Shown here: piece by piece, positions 26,413-34,618 of the stretch
How the letters are laid out: every line of letters begins with the position of its first letter
Numbering within the stretch: the first letter of the stretch is position 1
NCBI GenBank assembly: GCA_043822065.1
Contig: JBDRCC010000002.1
Location: 1 to 49,383 of the forward strand
Origin: an archaeon
GTDB lineage: Archaea; Undinarchaeota; CAZHTU01; JBDRCC01
Length of the DNA: 49,383 nucleotides
Direction of reading: 5' to 3'
Position numbers and translations under genes: made by a program
Notes under the pieces: model-generated
Databases searched by the model: none
Seen by the model: the letters and a program-made list of their open reading frames with translations, nothing else
Told to the model about the DNA's origin: nothing

Positions 26413-27561
26413 TTAGGATGGGCACTTTGAGACTTCGACGCTGGTGTATGCTGTCTTTTTCATGCCGTCGTGGGCAACCTCAACTATTGCCCTTGCCGGA
26501 TAGCCGCAGAGGCTTCTCACGCAGGCAGCATCGTAATAGTCGCGGTAGAACTCTAAGTAGTATGTGTTTTTGCCGGTAGTTTTTGAGCGAAGCAGGTTCC
26601 CGACCTTGCACATCTTGGTCGCGTCGCTCTGGATGTAGACTGTCCTGCCGAACTCCACCTTGAACGGCTCGCCAGCGAAGGAGCCGGCGTAGTTTAGCCC
26701 GCTGTACCTGTCCCCGCCGCTCGACGCGGCCTTGGTGTCAAGGCCCTGGTAGAGGCCGAGCTCGAAGGCATTGTCCAGCTGCATGACGGTCTCGTAGTAG
26801 GTCTTGTAGTCGTATATCATCGGGACCTGCTTTGCAACCGTGTAGTTTATGATACTAAGCTGGAAGTCGTCCTCGCTCTCGAAGGCATGAAGCTTTATCT
26901 TGGAGCAGATTGTCCGCGGCTTGCCGTTTGCAAGGTAGGTCAGCTTGCTTTCAATTGGGAATTCCCCTTCCTCGTTTGGGACTAACCGCCATATAAGATA
27001 GACATAGTCAGAGTCATAGACATCGTCGAGGTCCTTTGGGTCTATGACTTGGGAGGAGGTAATCGCATACTTGCTGCTGCTTTTGAGCTCGGCAGATATA
27101 TGCGTGAGCTTGTCCTTGTAGTTCGTCCGCCTTAGGCTGAGGCGCATCTCAAGGGGGCCGCCGACGTTGTACTCGTCATAGAACTCGCCGTAGTTGTACT
27201 GCTTTAGGTCGTACATGTGGATTTCAAAGCCGAGCTTCTCGAGCTCATTGAGGTTTGTAGGCTCGCACCATGTGCCTAAGTCTGCAGGCGGCTCTTCTGG
27301 CACGTCTGCAGGCGGCTCAGATGATGGCACGTCATCCGGAAGCGCATCGTCGGCAACATTAACATCGGTTCCATCGTCCGGCAGCTGGCTGTCCTGGCCA
27401 GTCGAGGGGGGTGAGGGCTCGTCCCGGTCACATATTGAGTTTGAGTTCTGGTCAAGGCAGCAGTCATAGGCTACCCGGATATACGGTGGACTGCATACTG
27501 GCGAGGATATGCAGCCAGCTACAACTACTACAAAAAGCACTGCAAAAAGCGTTATTTTCAT
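26413..27561 (-). CDS. Putative lipoprotein / surface protein with Cys-rich N-terminal motif
   Basis: MKITLFAVLFVVVVAGC lipobox-like; CSPPYI...CCLDQNSNSICDRDE; D/P-rich linker; beta-rich C-terminal domains. Start at ATG 27561. Confidence 0.8.
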   Translation of the reverse strand: MKITLFAVLFVVVVAGCISSPVCSPPYIRVAYDCCLDQNSNSICDRDEPSPPSTGQDSQLPDDGTDVNVADDALPDDVPSSEPPADVPEEPPADLGTWCEPTNLNELEKLGFEIHMYDLKQYNYGEFYDEYNVGGPLEMRLSLRRTNYKDKLTHISAELKSSSKYAITSSQVIDPKDLDDVYDSDYVYLIWRLVPNEEGEFPIESKLTYLANGKPRTICSKIKLHAFESEDDFQLSIINYTVAKQVPMIYDYKTYYETVMQLDNAFELGLYQGLDTKAASSGGDRYSGLNYAGSFAGEPFKVEFGRTVYIQSDATKMCKVGNLLRSKTTGKNTYYLEFYRDYYDAACVRSLCGYPARAIVEVAHDGMKKTAYTSVEVSKCPS

Positions 27562-27647
27562 TGATGCACCCCGGAACACCCGAGATATCTGCGGGCAGAT
27601 TTATATAATTTAGCTATGCCAGTTTTTGGACTCCTGGGTGGGCGGCT

Positions 27648-27660
27648 AAAAATGAAAAAG
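27648..27660 (-). terminator. U-rich terminator after the structured RNA
   Basis: Minus strand CTTTTTCATTTTT right after the closing stem. Confidence 0.6.
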
Positions 27661-27661
27661 T

Positions 27662-27849
27662 GCCGCGTTAATGAGAGGGAATGTACTTGCGACCCGAAGG
27701 CCGTTTTCCACTATTAAACGCACCCCGAAGGATGCGAAACCCAACACCCCATGCAAACCCGAAGATTTGTTAAGCTTGGCCGAAGCCAAACCAACGGGAG
27801 TTTTATGGACCAAAACCCGAAAGCCTTGAGCCATATTACCTAACGCGGC
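27662..27849 (-). ncRNA. Unclassified structured RNA (~190 nt) with five UUCG-capped hairpins and a closing stem
   Basis: 5' GCCGCGUUA pairs with 3' UAACGCGGC; five stem-loops with UUCG loops and G-U pairs that form only on the minus strand; upstream TATA and downstream U-tract. Confidence 0.78.
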
Positions 27850-27871
27850 TTTAACACTAAATAGAATATTG

Positions 27872-27886
27872 TTTATACGTGTTTCG
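27872..27886 (-). promoter_or_regulatory. Putative BRE/TATA promoter of the structured RNA
   Basis: Minus strand CGAAACACGTATAAA; the TATAAA (27877-27872) ends ~23 nt before the first base of the closing stem. Confidence 0.6.
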
Positions 27887-27940
27887 TAGAATTGGCTAAA
27901 AACAGAATTATTTTCAATAGTGAAAAGAATAAAAATGGCC

Positions 27941-28516
27941 CTAAAGGACGTCACAGCGCCGGACTGCAATAATCTTTATGGGGTAGATTTTTGAGGCGCG
28001 CTTTGTTATCTTTGCCTGAATCTTGCCAAAGACTATGTCCTGTATCAGCTGGCCGCCGGAGACCTCTTTCGCAGCCTGCTGCATCTCCTCGTCGATTATC
28101 CTGCTTATCGCCTTCTTCTGCTTTACGTCTATCCGCTTTGAAACTGTCGTAATGACCTTGACCTTCAGCTTCTTGTCGCCGAAAGGGACAGTGGAGAACT
28201 GCATGAACTTGTCGCCCCTGCGCCGTACCATCGAGCGCTCGTAGTCCCGGGTTATCTCATGGCGGACGAAGTCAGTTGAACAGACATCCCCCTTGACTTC
28301 GAGAATCCTGAAAAAGAGCTTGTGCCTCTGCTTCTTGAAGTCGCGCACGTCTCCGCTGAGGTCAGAAAGGGTCGTCTCAATTATCCTGCCGACGAGGAGC
28401 TTCGGGTCAGAAGCGATGGTCTGGCCGATGTACGAGCCGCCAAAGGCATCTGGTGCCTTGACGTCGTACCACTGCTTAAGCTTCCATGGGTCCTTGACGG
28501 TCTTTGCTGTTGCCAT
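27941..28516 (-). CDS. rps3ae: 30S ribosomal protein S3Ae (eS1)
   Basis: KDPWKLKQWYDVKAP..FG, LVGRIIETTLSDLSGD, KLFFRI, DYERSMVRR, KIYPI. Confidence 0.95.
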   Translation of the reverse strand: MATAKTVKDPWKLKQWYDVKAPDAFGGSYIGQTIASDPKLLVGRIIETTLSDLSGDVRDFKKQRHKLFFRILEVKGDVCSTDFVRHEITRDYERSMVRRRGDKFMQFSTVPFGDKKLKVKVITTVSKRIDVKQKKAISRIIDEEMQQAAKEVSGGQLIQDIVFGKIQAKITKRASKIYPIKIIAVRRCDVL

Positions 28517-28989
28517 TATTCGATGAGCAGTTTAGACTTGGACAGGTCGTATTCCCAGCTCTTTGGGAGCCTGCCGGTTGATTTGTAGTATTTTACAATG
28601 CGCCGTATCTTCGATTCAGTAAGCTGAAGGCCCCTGCGGGAGACATTGTCCTTTTTGTTTGTCGAGAGGTGCTGTGAAACAACGGTAGCCCGCCTGATCA
28701 GGTTTACGAGGTCCTCCGGCGTTTCAGGGGAGATGCCCTCTGACTTGAGGACTGCGTGAAGCTTATTCCCGGTCGCCCTCTTGACCGACGGTATCCCGTG
28801 CTTGTCGCGCAGCTCAATCCCGATTTTGCTTGGGCTGTAGCCTTTTTTGTAGAGGTCTGCAGCAGTTTTCTGGATGTCAAGCTTCGCGCCCTCGGAAGCG
28901 AGCGGAGTCTTTTTTGCAGACTTGGCAGTGGGCTTTTTCGCCTTCGCTTCTTTTTTTGCTTCGGTTTTTGCCTCTTTTTTTGCAGCCAT
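28516..28989 (-). CDS. rps15: 30S ribosomal protein S15 (uS15)
   Basis: GYSPSKIGIELRDKHGIPSVK, PEDLVNLIRRA, HL..NKKD..SRRGLQLTESKIRRIVKYYK...LP..W.Y. Confidence 0.95.
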   Translation of the reverse strand: MAAKKEAKTEAKKEAKAKKPTAKSAKKTPLASEGAKLDIQKTAADLYKKGYSPSKIGIELRDKHGIPSVKRATGNKLHAVLKSEGISPETPEDLVNLIRRATVVSQHLSTNKKDNVSRRGLQLTESKIRRIVKYYKSTGRLPKSWEYDLSKSKLLIE

Positions 28990-29522
28990 TAAAGGTGCTC
29001 CTCTAGTTGCTTGAGAGCCAGGTACCGGTGCGATATCTTGTCCTTGGTTTCCAGCTCAGCGAACGTTTTTTTGTACCCCTTCGGGATGAATATGGGGTCG
29101 TATCCAAAGCCACCTGTGCCTCGGGGAGTTTCAGATATAAATCCCTCAACCTCTCCACGAAAAACACGCGGCTCAGAAGCAGGTTCTTGATATGCAACAG
29201 AACTTATAAACTTTGCGCCGCGTTTTTTCTCTCCTGTCAAGAGCTTCAGTATGCCTTCGTACCCTATCCTCTTGAAGGCGAAAGCAGAATAGGTGCCAGG
29301 GAACCCTTTCAGTGCGTCGACAAAAAGCCCGGAGTCCTCAACAAAACAGGGCTTGCCGGTCTTTGAAACAACCTGCCTGACGCCATCGAGCGCAACATCA
29401 TCGGTCGAGTCGCTGCGGATTTCATCATAGCCGACGGGAAGCTGCCTGATTGTGTGCGCAGAGAGTATTGCCTGCGCCTCGCGCAGCTTTCCTGGGTTTG
29501 AAGTTGCAAAAAACAGCTCCAT
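28989..29522 (-). CDS. rdgB: Non-canonical purine NTP pyrophosphatase (RdgB/HAM1)
   Basis: FATSNPGKLRE, VEDSGLFVDALKGFPGTYS, GFGYDPIF, KTFAEL, ISHR. Start at ATG 29522. Confidence 0.94.
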   Translation of the reverse strand: MELFFATSNPGKLREAQAILSAHTIRQLPVGYDEIRSDSTDDVALDGVRQVVSKTGKPCFVEDSGLFVDALKGFPGTYSAFAFKRIGYEGILKLLTGEKKRGAKFISSVAYQEPASEPRVFRGEVEGFISETPRGTGGFGYDPIFIPKGYKKTFAELETKDKISHRYLALKQLEEHL

Positions 29523-29575
29523 GGCGGCTATTATAACACAAATATTTAAATAGGAGGGGATTTGTACTCTTTGAG

Positions 29576-30955
29576 ATGGGGATACTGAACAAGCTAAGGT
29601 GGAAAATAGCCGGCATGAAGGCTGGCTCACACGAGGAGGAGGCAGCTCCAGAAAAGCCGGAGATTAAAGAGCAGGCTCCTGAGGTTCTACAGAAGCAGCC
29701 GTTATCGGCGTATAACATCCCAGAGGAGCGGTTTGAGAGGGAGTTTGACGAGATTGGCAGGCGCCCCGCGCCCCGGTCCCCTGCGGCTCCGCCCATGGCG
29801 CGCGCTGTGCAGGCGAGAGCTGAGCTTGTGGAGCTCAGAAAGAAGCGAAAGGAGCTAAAGAAGTCCATTGAGGCGCTAAGCGCGAGCGTCAGCGGCGAGA
29901 AAAAGAAGATAGACGGCATTTCGGAGGAGATACGCGGGCTCGTGGACACCAAGAGGCAGATTTCTGCAGAAGTAACCGGGCTGTCTAAGAAAAAGAGGGA
30001 GATAGAGGACAGGATACACGTGGAGGTTTCTGAGGAGAAGCGGATAACTGCGGATCTCACGGCATTAAAATCACACAGGACAGCTGCTGAAAGGCAGCTT
30101 GACCGCATTGAGAAGCGGCTTGTCAGCCTCGCAGAGGAAAAGCAGTTCAGGGAAGCAACGCGCGCTTCGGACAAGACGGAGATATCCCGGCTTGAGGCGG
30201 AGAGGAAGAGGATAAAGAAATCCCTCCAGGTAATCCGCCCTAAGCTCGAAAAGGCGGGAGCAGAATACAAGAGGCTCATTTCCTCTGCGGCGTCGAAGAA
30301 AGCTACGGTTGCAGACTACGGCAGAAAAGTGGAGGCGCTTTCCAAGAACAGAAACGCACTTGCCTCGGAAATCGGCACGCTTTCAACAACAATCGACTCG
30401 CTGAACCGCAAGATAGACAGCCTATCCGTAAGGATAGTCAGCGGGCGGCAGGAGGTCAATGAGAAAGAGGCAGAGAAGCAGACCCTTGCCAAGGCGACTG
30501 AGATGCTCAGGATGGAGCGCGAGAGCCTCCAGCAGGAAGTGGCTGAGCTTGAGAGCACCATAAAGGACTTGGAGGCGGTCGCGGGAAAGCTTGCGACAGA
30601 GGTTGTGGAGAAGAAGAGCGTCGAGAAGCAGCTCCTCAAGATGGACGTCGACAGGAGGGGCCTGGCAAAGCAGGTCGAAACCATAAGGTCAAGCTACACC
30701 ATGCTAAAAGAACAGCAGGCTGAGATTGAAGGCAAGATAAACACCGAGAGGGTAATCGAGGAAGAGGTCGAGAGCGAGATTGAGTCCCTTAAGCGGAAGC
30801 GGGAAGTCCTTAGCAAGGACGTTGCCGAGCTGAAGGAGAAGTACGACGACGTCCTCGACGGCATATCGAATGCCCCTGGGCCGGCCGAAACAATCGTGCA
30901 GACGCCTAAAAAGAAGCCGAAAAGGCGCTCAAGCGATATGGTAGTTATACACTAG
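29576..30955 (+). CDS. Long coiled-coil hypothetical protein (459 aa)
   Basis: Continuous heptad-like E/K/L-rich sequence over ~350 aa; no Walker motifs. Confidence 0.82.
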   Translation: MGILNKLRWKIAGMKAGSHEEEAAPEKPEIKEQAPEVLQKQPLSAYNIPEERFEREFDEIGRRPAPRSPAAPPMARAVQARAELVELRKKRKELKKSIEALSASVSGEKKKIDGISEEIRGLVDTKRQISAEVTGLSKKKREIEDRIHVEVSEEKRITADLTALKSHRTAAERQLDRIEKRLVSLAEEKQFREATRASDKTEISRLEAERKRIKKSLQVIRPKLEKAGAEYKRLISSAASKKATVADYGRKVEALSKNRNALASEIGTLSTTIDSLNRKIDSLSVRIVSGRQEVNEKEAEKQTLAKATEMLRMERESLQQEVAELESTIKDLEAVAGKLATEVVEKKSVEKQLLKMDVDRRGLAKQVETIRSSYTMLKEQQAEIEGKINTERVIEEEVESEIESLKRKREVLSKDVAELKEKYDDVLDGISNAPGPAETIVQTPKKKPKRRSSDMVVIH

Positions 30956-31546
30956 TTACTTGTACCTTCCGCGGGATTCTACTTCTTCCATCCGCGTGAG
31001 GACATCCTTTGATTTTTCCCACTTGTACCCGGAGACTACATTCTTGAACGACTCGAAGTGGCGGTAATGCGTCGACCTGAAAACCTCCTTGAGCAGGTGC
31101 AGGTCGGTCGCCATCTTTTCTATTGACGGAGAAACCTCGCCGAGCCCGAAGTCGATGAAATAGAGCTTGCCAGCAGAGTAGAGTATGTTTGACGTTGTCA
31201 GGTCGCCGTGTATTATGTGGGCGGAATGCAGCTTGGCGATGTCCCTGCCGAGCTTTTTTAGGAGCGCCGACCGCCTTGCCGCAGGCATGGCGTCCAGGAC
31301 GTCCTTGAGGCGCTTGCCGTCGATGAACTCCATCTTGATTGCGTACTGCGTTTCTGCAAGAATCTGAGGGGTCAGCACCCCAGCCGCCCTTGCGCGCCGG
31401 AGGAGGCGGGCCTCAGATGCAGTCCTCAGCTTCCTGAGCCTGGCATCTATGGCCTCATGACGGTAGCCCTTCTTTATCCTGTCCTTGACGAGCTTCTTCC
31501 CGTCCCGCCACAGTATGGCTTCCGCGCCCTGGGCAACTTTTTTCAT
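30956..31546 (-). CDS. bud32: KEOPS complex kinase/ATPase Bud32
   Basis: QGAEA, KDRIKKGYRH..ID..LR..RT..EARLL, IIHGDLTTSNI, FIDFGLG, VESRGRY. Confidence 0.94.
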   Translation of the reverse strand: MKKVAQGAEAILWRDGKKLVKDRIKKGYRHEAIDARLRKLRTASEARLLRRARAAGVLTPQILAETQYAIKMEFIDGKRLKDVLDAMPAARRSALLKKLGRDIAKLHSAHIIHGDLTTSNILYSAGKLYFIDFGLGEVSPSIEKMATDLHLLKEVFRSTHYRHFESFKNVVSGYKWEKSKDVLTRMEEVESRGRYK

Positions 31547-31585
31547 AGAGCAAACAATAAGAACAGCAGGTAATTAAACATTTCC

Positions 31586-32254
31586 ATGCAGACGATAATC
31601 CACCTGAGGGCAGAGGAAATAGGGCTGTTCGAGCCGGTGCTTTCAAGGTATCCCCAGAAAGAGTTCAAGGAGAGTTTCATAATAAACAGGGTGGAAATCA
31701 GCGAATGCGTGGTAACCCTTTATTCGTCAGGCAAGCTCCTCATACAGGGCGAGGGCTACCTAAAGGTCTACGACATGCTTACCGCCAGCCTCCCGACGCA
31801 GGAAACCGCAGTGGGCATAGATGAGGCGGGGCGCGGGGAAGACTTCGGAAGCTTGGTGGTCGCGGGCGTCTTAGGCGACAGGAACAAGCTGAGGCGTGTT
31901 AGGGACTCAAAGAAGACAGGGGACATAAGCGCAGCCTACCGGATTGTTATGCAAAATGCACTCGATTCGCATGCCGTTGTCGTGCGCTCGGATGAGATTG
32001 ACCGCCTCCGCACCTCCGGAAAGAACATGGACATGATACAGGCAGAGGCAGTGCGGGAGATAATGCTCCGCATAGGCAAGGGGCGCGAAGTATTCATAGA
32101 CGGGAGGGCGGTGAAGGGAATAGACGCCAACTTCCTTGAGAAAGGCGACGACCTCGACCCGCTGATTTCCGCGGCGTCGATAATCGCAAAGTATACGCGC
32201 GATAATTCTGAAAAGGGGAAACGGGAGACCTGGGGCAAAAAGCTTTCCGGCTAG
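31586..32254 (+). CDS. rnhC: Type 2 ribonuclease H with RNase HIII-like N-terminal domain
   Basis: N-terminal VTLYSSGKLLIQG; catalytic GIDEAGRG..FGSLVVAGV, DSKK, FIDG, KGDD, ISAASIIAK. Confidence 0.75.
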   Translation: MQTIIHLRAEEIGLFEPVLSRYPQKEFKESFIINRVEISECVVTLYSSGKLLIQGEGYLKVYDMLTASLPTQETAVGIDEAGRGEDFGSLVVAGVLGDRNKLRRVRDSKKTGDISAAYRIVMQNALDSHAVVVRSDEIDRLRTSGKNMDMIQAEAVREIMLRIGKGREVFIDGRAVKGIDANFLEKGDDLDPLISAASIIAKYTRDNSEKGKRETWGKKLSG

Positions 32255-34587
32255 GCGTACTTCTTAAGCTTGATATCGTACTTTGGATCTCCTTTCAGGT
32301 GGGAAAGGCATTCCCTAAGGCGCCCAGTTGTGCGGGTCTTGGCTGCAAGGGTGACCGAGAAGTTCAGGAACTCCTCGTAAAGGTCTACGGCAGTGCGGTA
32401 GTCCGTAAGCTCAAACGCCTTGTCTGCGCGCTTTAGGACGTCGCGGTAGTGGTCGTAGAGCTCGTCGCGGAGCTCTATCTTGGAGCCGACTATCTTGCTT
32501 ATGAAATATTCCGGCGAGAGGTATTTCAGGACGGGCAGGTCGAAGCCGTCGAGGAACTGCCCGATGCTCATGCTTGAGCTTAGGGGCACGCCCTTAAGCG
32601 CGATATAGTTGTAGTACATGTAGGCAACCTCGACGGCTGTCGCGGTCTGCATGTCCTGGGCAAGATCGGATATGGCATCCACAATTTCAGAATCCGCGGA
32701 CTGCCGCATTCCGCCCACTGTCGAGGGTATGCGTGAGTAGTCCTCCTTCAGGAAGGAGTAGGCAAGGTAATGGGCGAGAAACTTCTTTGAGGTTATCTTC
32801 TTGTGGGAGATTTTAAGGTACTCTTTCGTAAACTCCTCGATGCTGGAAACCGCAAGCTTCTGCTTCTCAGATTCCCCAAGCTCGCCTGCGACCAGGAACG
32901 CGGCACGGTACAGGTCAAGTATCAGGTCGATTATAAGGAGCCTTGTCTCGGGGAGCGTTATGGACTGAAGGATGCTCAGGTAGTATTCGGTCTGCTCCTC
33001 CATTATTGTGATGAGCTTTTCGACGGAATTTGAGTAGTACGCGCACAGCATTATGGGGAGCGCAGTCTGGCGGATTATGTAGAAGTCGCCGTCCTTTATT
33101 GCATCGCGGAGGAGGTATTCCATCCGCTCCATCTTGTTCGTGAAGTCGTTCTTTATTGCAGCGTCTATCAAAAGCTTGTAGGCTGCAAGGCCGTACCGCT
33201 TCTTCTTGACGAATATTTCATAGACGTCTTCCTTGACGAGTATGTCCTTGTAGAACCTAAGCTCCTGCGGCGTTTTTGCATAGCTTGAGTTTTCGTAGCA
33301 GCTTATGGCGCGCTCAACTTTGCCAAGCTCCTTCCAGTAGATTGCCGCATTTATCCAGTCGCCCTGGTCCTGGGAAACCCTTGCAAACCGCTCCATCGCG
33401 ACGCGCATCTTGTCTATGTCGCCGGCGCTCTCCCAGGCAGCCGCGACCTTGTCCCAGCGCCTGAGGTCCTCCCATTTTTTGGCGGCGGCTGCCCAGTCCC
33501 TTGCCTTCTCTGACATGTAAGCAGACTCCTCCGCCTTGCGCTCCGCTTGGTGCATCCGGTCCAGGTCACCTGCGCGCTCGTATGCCCTATACGCGCGGCT
33601 CCATTCCTCGAGCTTGGAATATGCGTCGCCCGAAGTAATCCACTCCTGGGCACTCTCCCATGCCTTGGCTGCGCCTGACAAGTTCCCGCTTGCCTCCAGG
33701 TGCATTGCTGTTCTTGCCCACTCCTTGGAGGACCATGCGTGGGATGCGCCGTCCATGTCACCAATCTCCAGAAGCTGGCTGGCAGCAATGGCAGGGTATT
33801 TCTCCTTGATTAATTTAGCATCCTCCTTCGCCTTTTTTTCCATTTCGGCTGCGGTTTCCCCGTCGCCTGCCTTGAGATAGGCTGCCCTTGCACGGCCCCA
33901 ATTCATCGCAGATTCCCATGCAGTAGCTGCATACTGCCATAGCGAAAGGCTTTCGAATATTGCCGCGGATTTTGAGAAATGGTTCGCCTTGACCAGGGCT
34001 TCCGCCTCGTCCAGCGCCTTTTGCTTTGCAGTTTCCGCCTTGGAGTCCTCCTTGGCAAGCGCCCAGCATTTGGAGGCCTCCGCAAAGTTTCCGGCAAGCT
34101 CCCAGCAGGAGGCTGCCTTTTCCCATTTTTTTAGCGATTCCCAGTTTCTGGCTGCACGGAACCACTCGTCGATTTTCTCCCAGTACATTGCAGCCCAGAA
34201 GAATTTGCCGTCGCCCTCAAACCGCTCAGCCCGTTCGCGCACCTTCGCGAGCGCTTTTGCAAAATTCTCCCGGTCGCCCAGCTTTCGGTAGGATAGCGCG
34301 GCATTCAGGTAATGCCCTGCGTGTTCCCAGCAGTAGGCTGCCTTTGAATCCTCACCAAGCTGCTCCCAAATCTCGGCTGCGCGCGCCCATTTTTCACGTA
34401 TCTGGTAGAGCCCGGCCTCCTTGCGCGCCTTCAGCTCGACTTCCTTCGCCTTTGCCGCGGAGAGGTTTTTTGCCGCGGCAATGGCGCGGTCCCACTTGTT
34501 GACGTCTTTCCAGAGGGAGAGGGCGTCCTCCCACTTCCCCTTGGACTCAAGCCTGTCCGCAGCTGCAACCTTCCTTGGGTCAATCAT
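32251..34587 (-). CDS. TPR-like / alpha-solenoid repeat protein (778 aa)
   Basis: Many 13-aa W..AA..WE..G units in the N-terminal ~430 aa; helical C-terminal half. Confidence 0.82.
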   Translation of the reverse strand: MIDPRKVAAADRLESKGKWEDALSLWKDVNKWDRAIAAAKNLSAAKAKEVELKARKEAGLYQIREKWARAAEIWEQLGEDSKAAYCWEHAGHYLNAALSYRKLGDRENFAKALAKVRERAERFEGDGKFFWAAMYWEKIDEWFRAARNWESLKKWEKAASCWELAGNFAEASKCWALAKEDSKAETAKQKALDEAEALVKANHFSKSAAIFESLSLWQYAATAWESAMNWGRARAAYLKAGDGETAAEMEKKAKEDAKLIKEKYPAIAASQLLEIGDMDGASHAWSSKEWARTAMHLEASGNLSGAAKAWESAQEWITSGDAYSKLEEWSRAYRAYERAGDLDRMHQAERKAEESAYMSEKARDWAAAAKKWEDLRRWDKVAAAWESAGDIDKMRVAMERFARVSQDQGDWINAAIYWKELGKVERAISCYENSSYAKTPQELRFYKDILVKEDVYEIFVKKKRYGLAAYKLLIDAAIKNDFTNKMERMEYLLRDAIKDGDFYIIRQTALPIMLCAYYSNSVEKLITIMEEQTEYYLSILQSITLPETRLLIIDLILDLYRAAFLVAGELGESEKQKLAVSSIEEFTKEYLKISHKKITSKKFLAHYLAYSFLKEDYSRIPSTVGGMRQSADSEIVDAISDLAQDMQTATAVEVAYMYYNYIALKGVPLSSSMSIGQFLDGFDLPVLKYLSPEYFISKIVGSKIELRDELYDHYRDVLKRADKAFELTDYRTAVDLYEEFLNFSVTLAAKTRTTGRLRECLSHLKGDPKYDIKLKKYA

Positions 34588-34618
34588 GGTTAGCCTAAAT
34601 AGGAGGTAGGATATAAAA

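Noticed and set aside
27662-27849. RNase P RNA on the plus strand (GAGGGAATGTAC ~ CR-I; CAAAACCCG ~ CR-V)
   Set aside because: The two segments cannot form P4, there is no room for P2/P3, and G-U pairs, promoter and U-tract all indicate the minus strand.
27646-27969. 107-aa minus-strand ORF over the structured RNA
   Set aside because: Starts inside rps3ae with a non-ATG codon, crosses an AT-rich promoter and has no protein-like motif; the hairpins explain the sequence better.
29576-30955. SMC/Rad50 ATPase
   Set aside because: Coiled coil only; no Walker A/B, signature motif, hinge or zinc hook.
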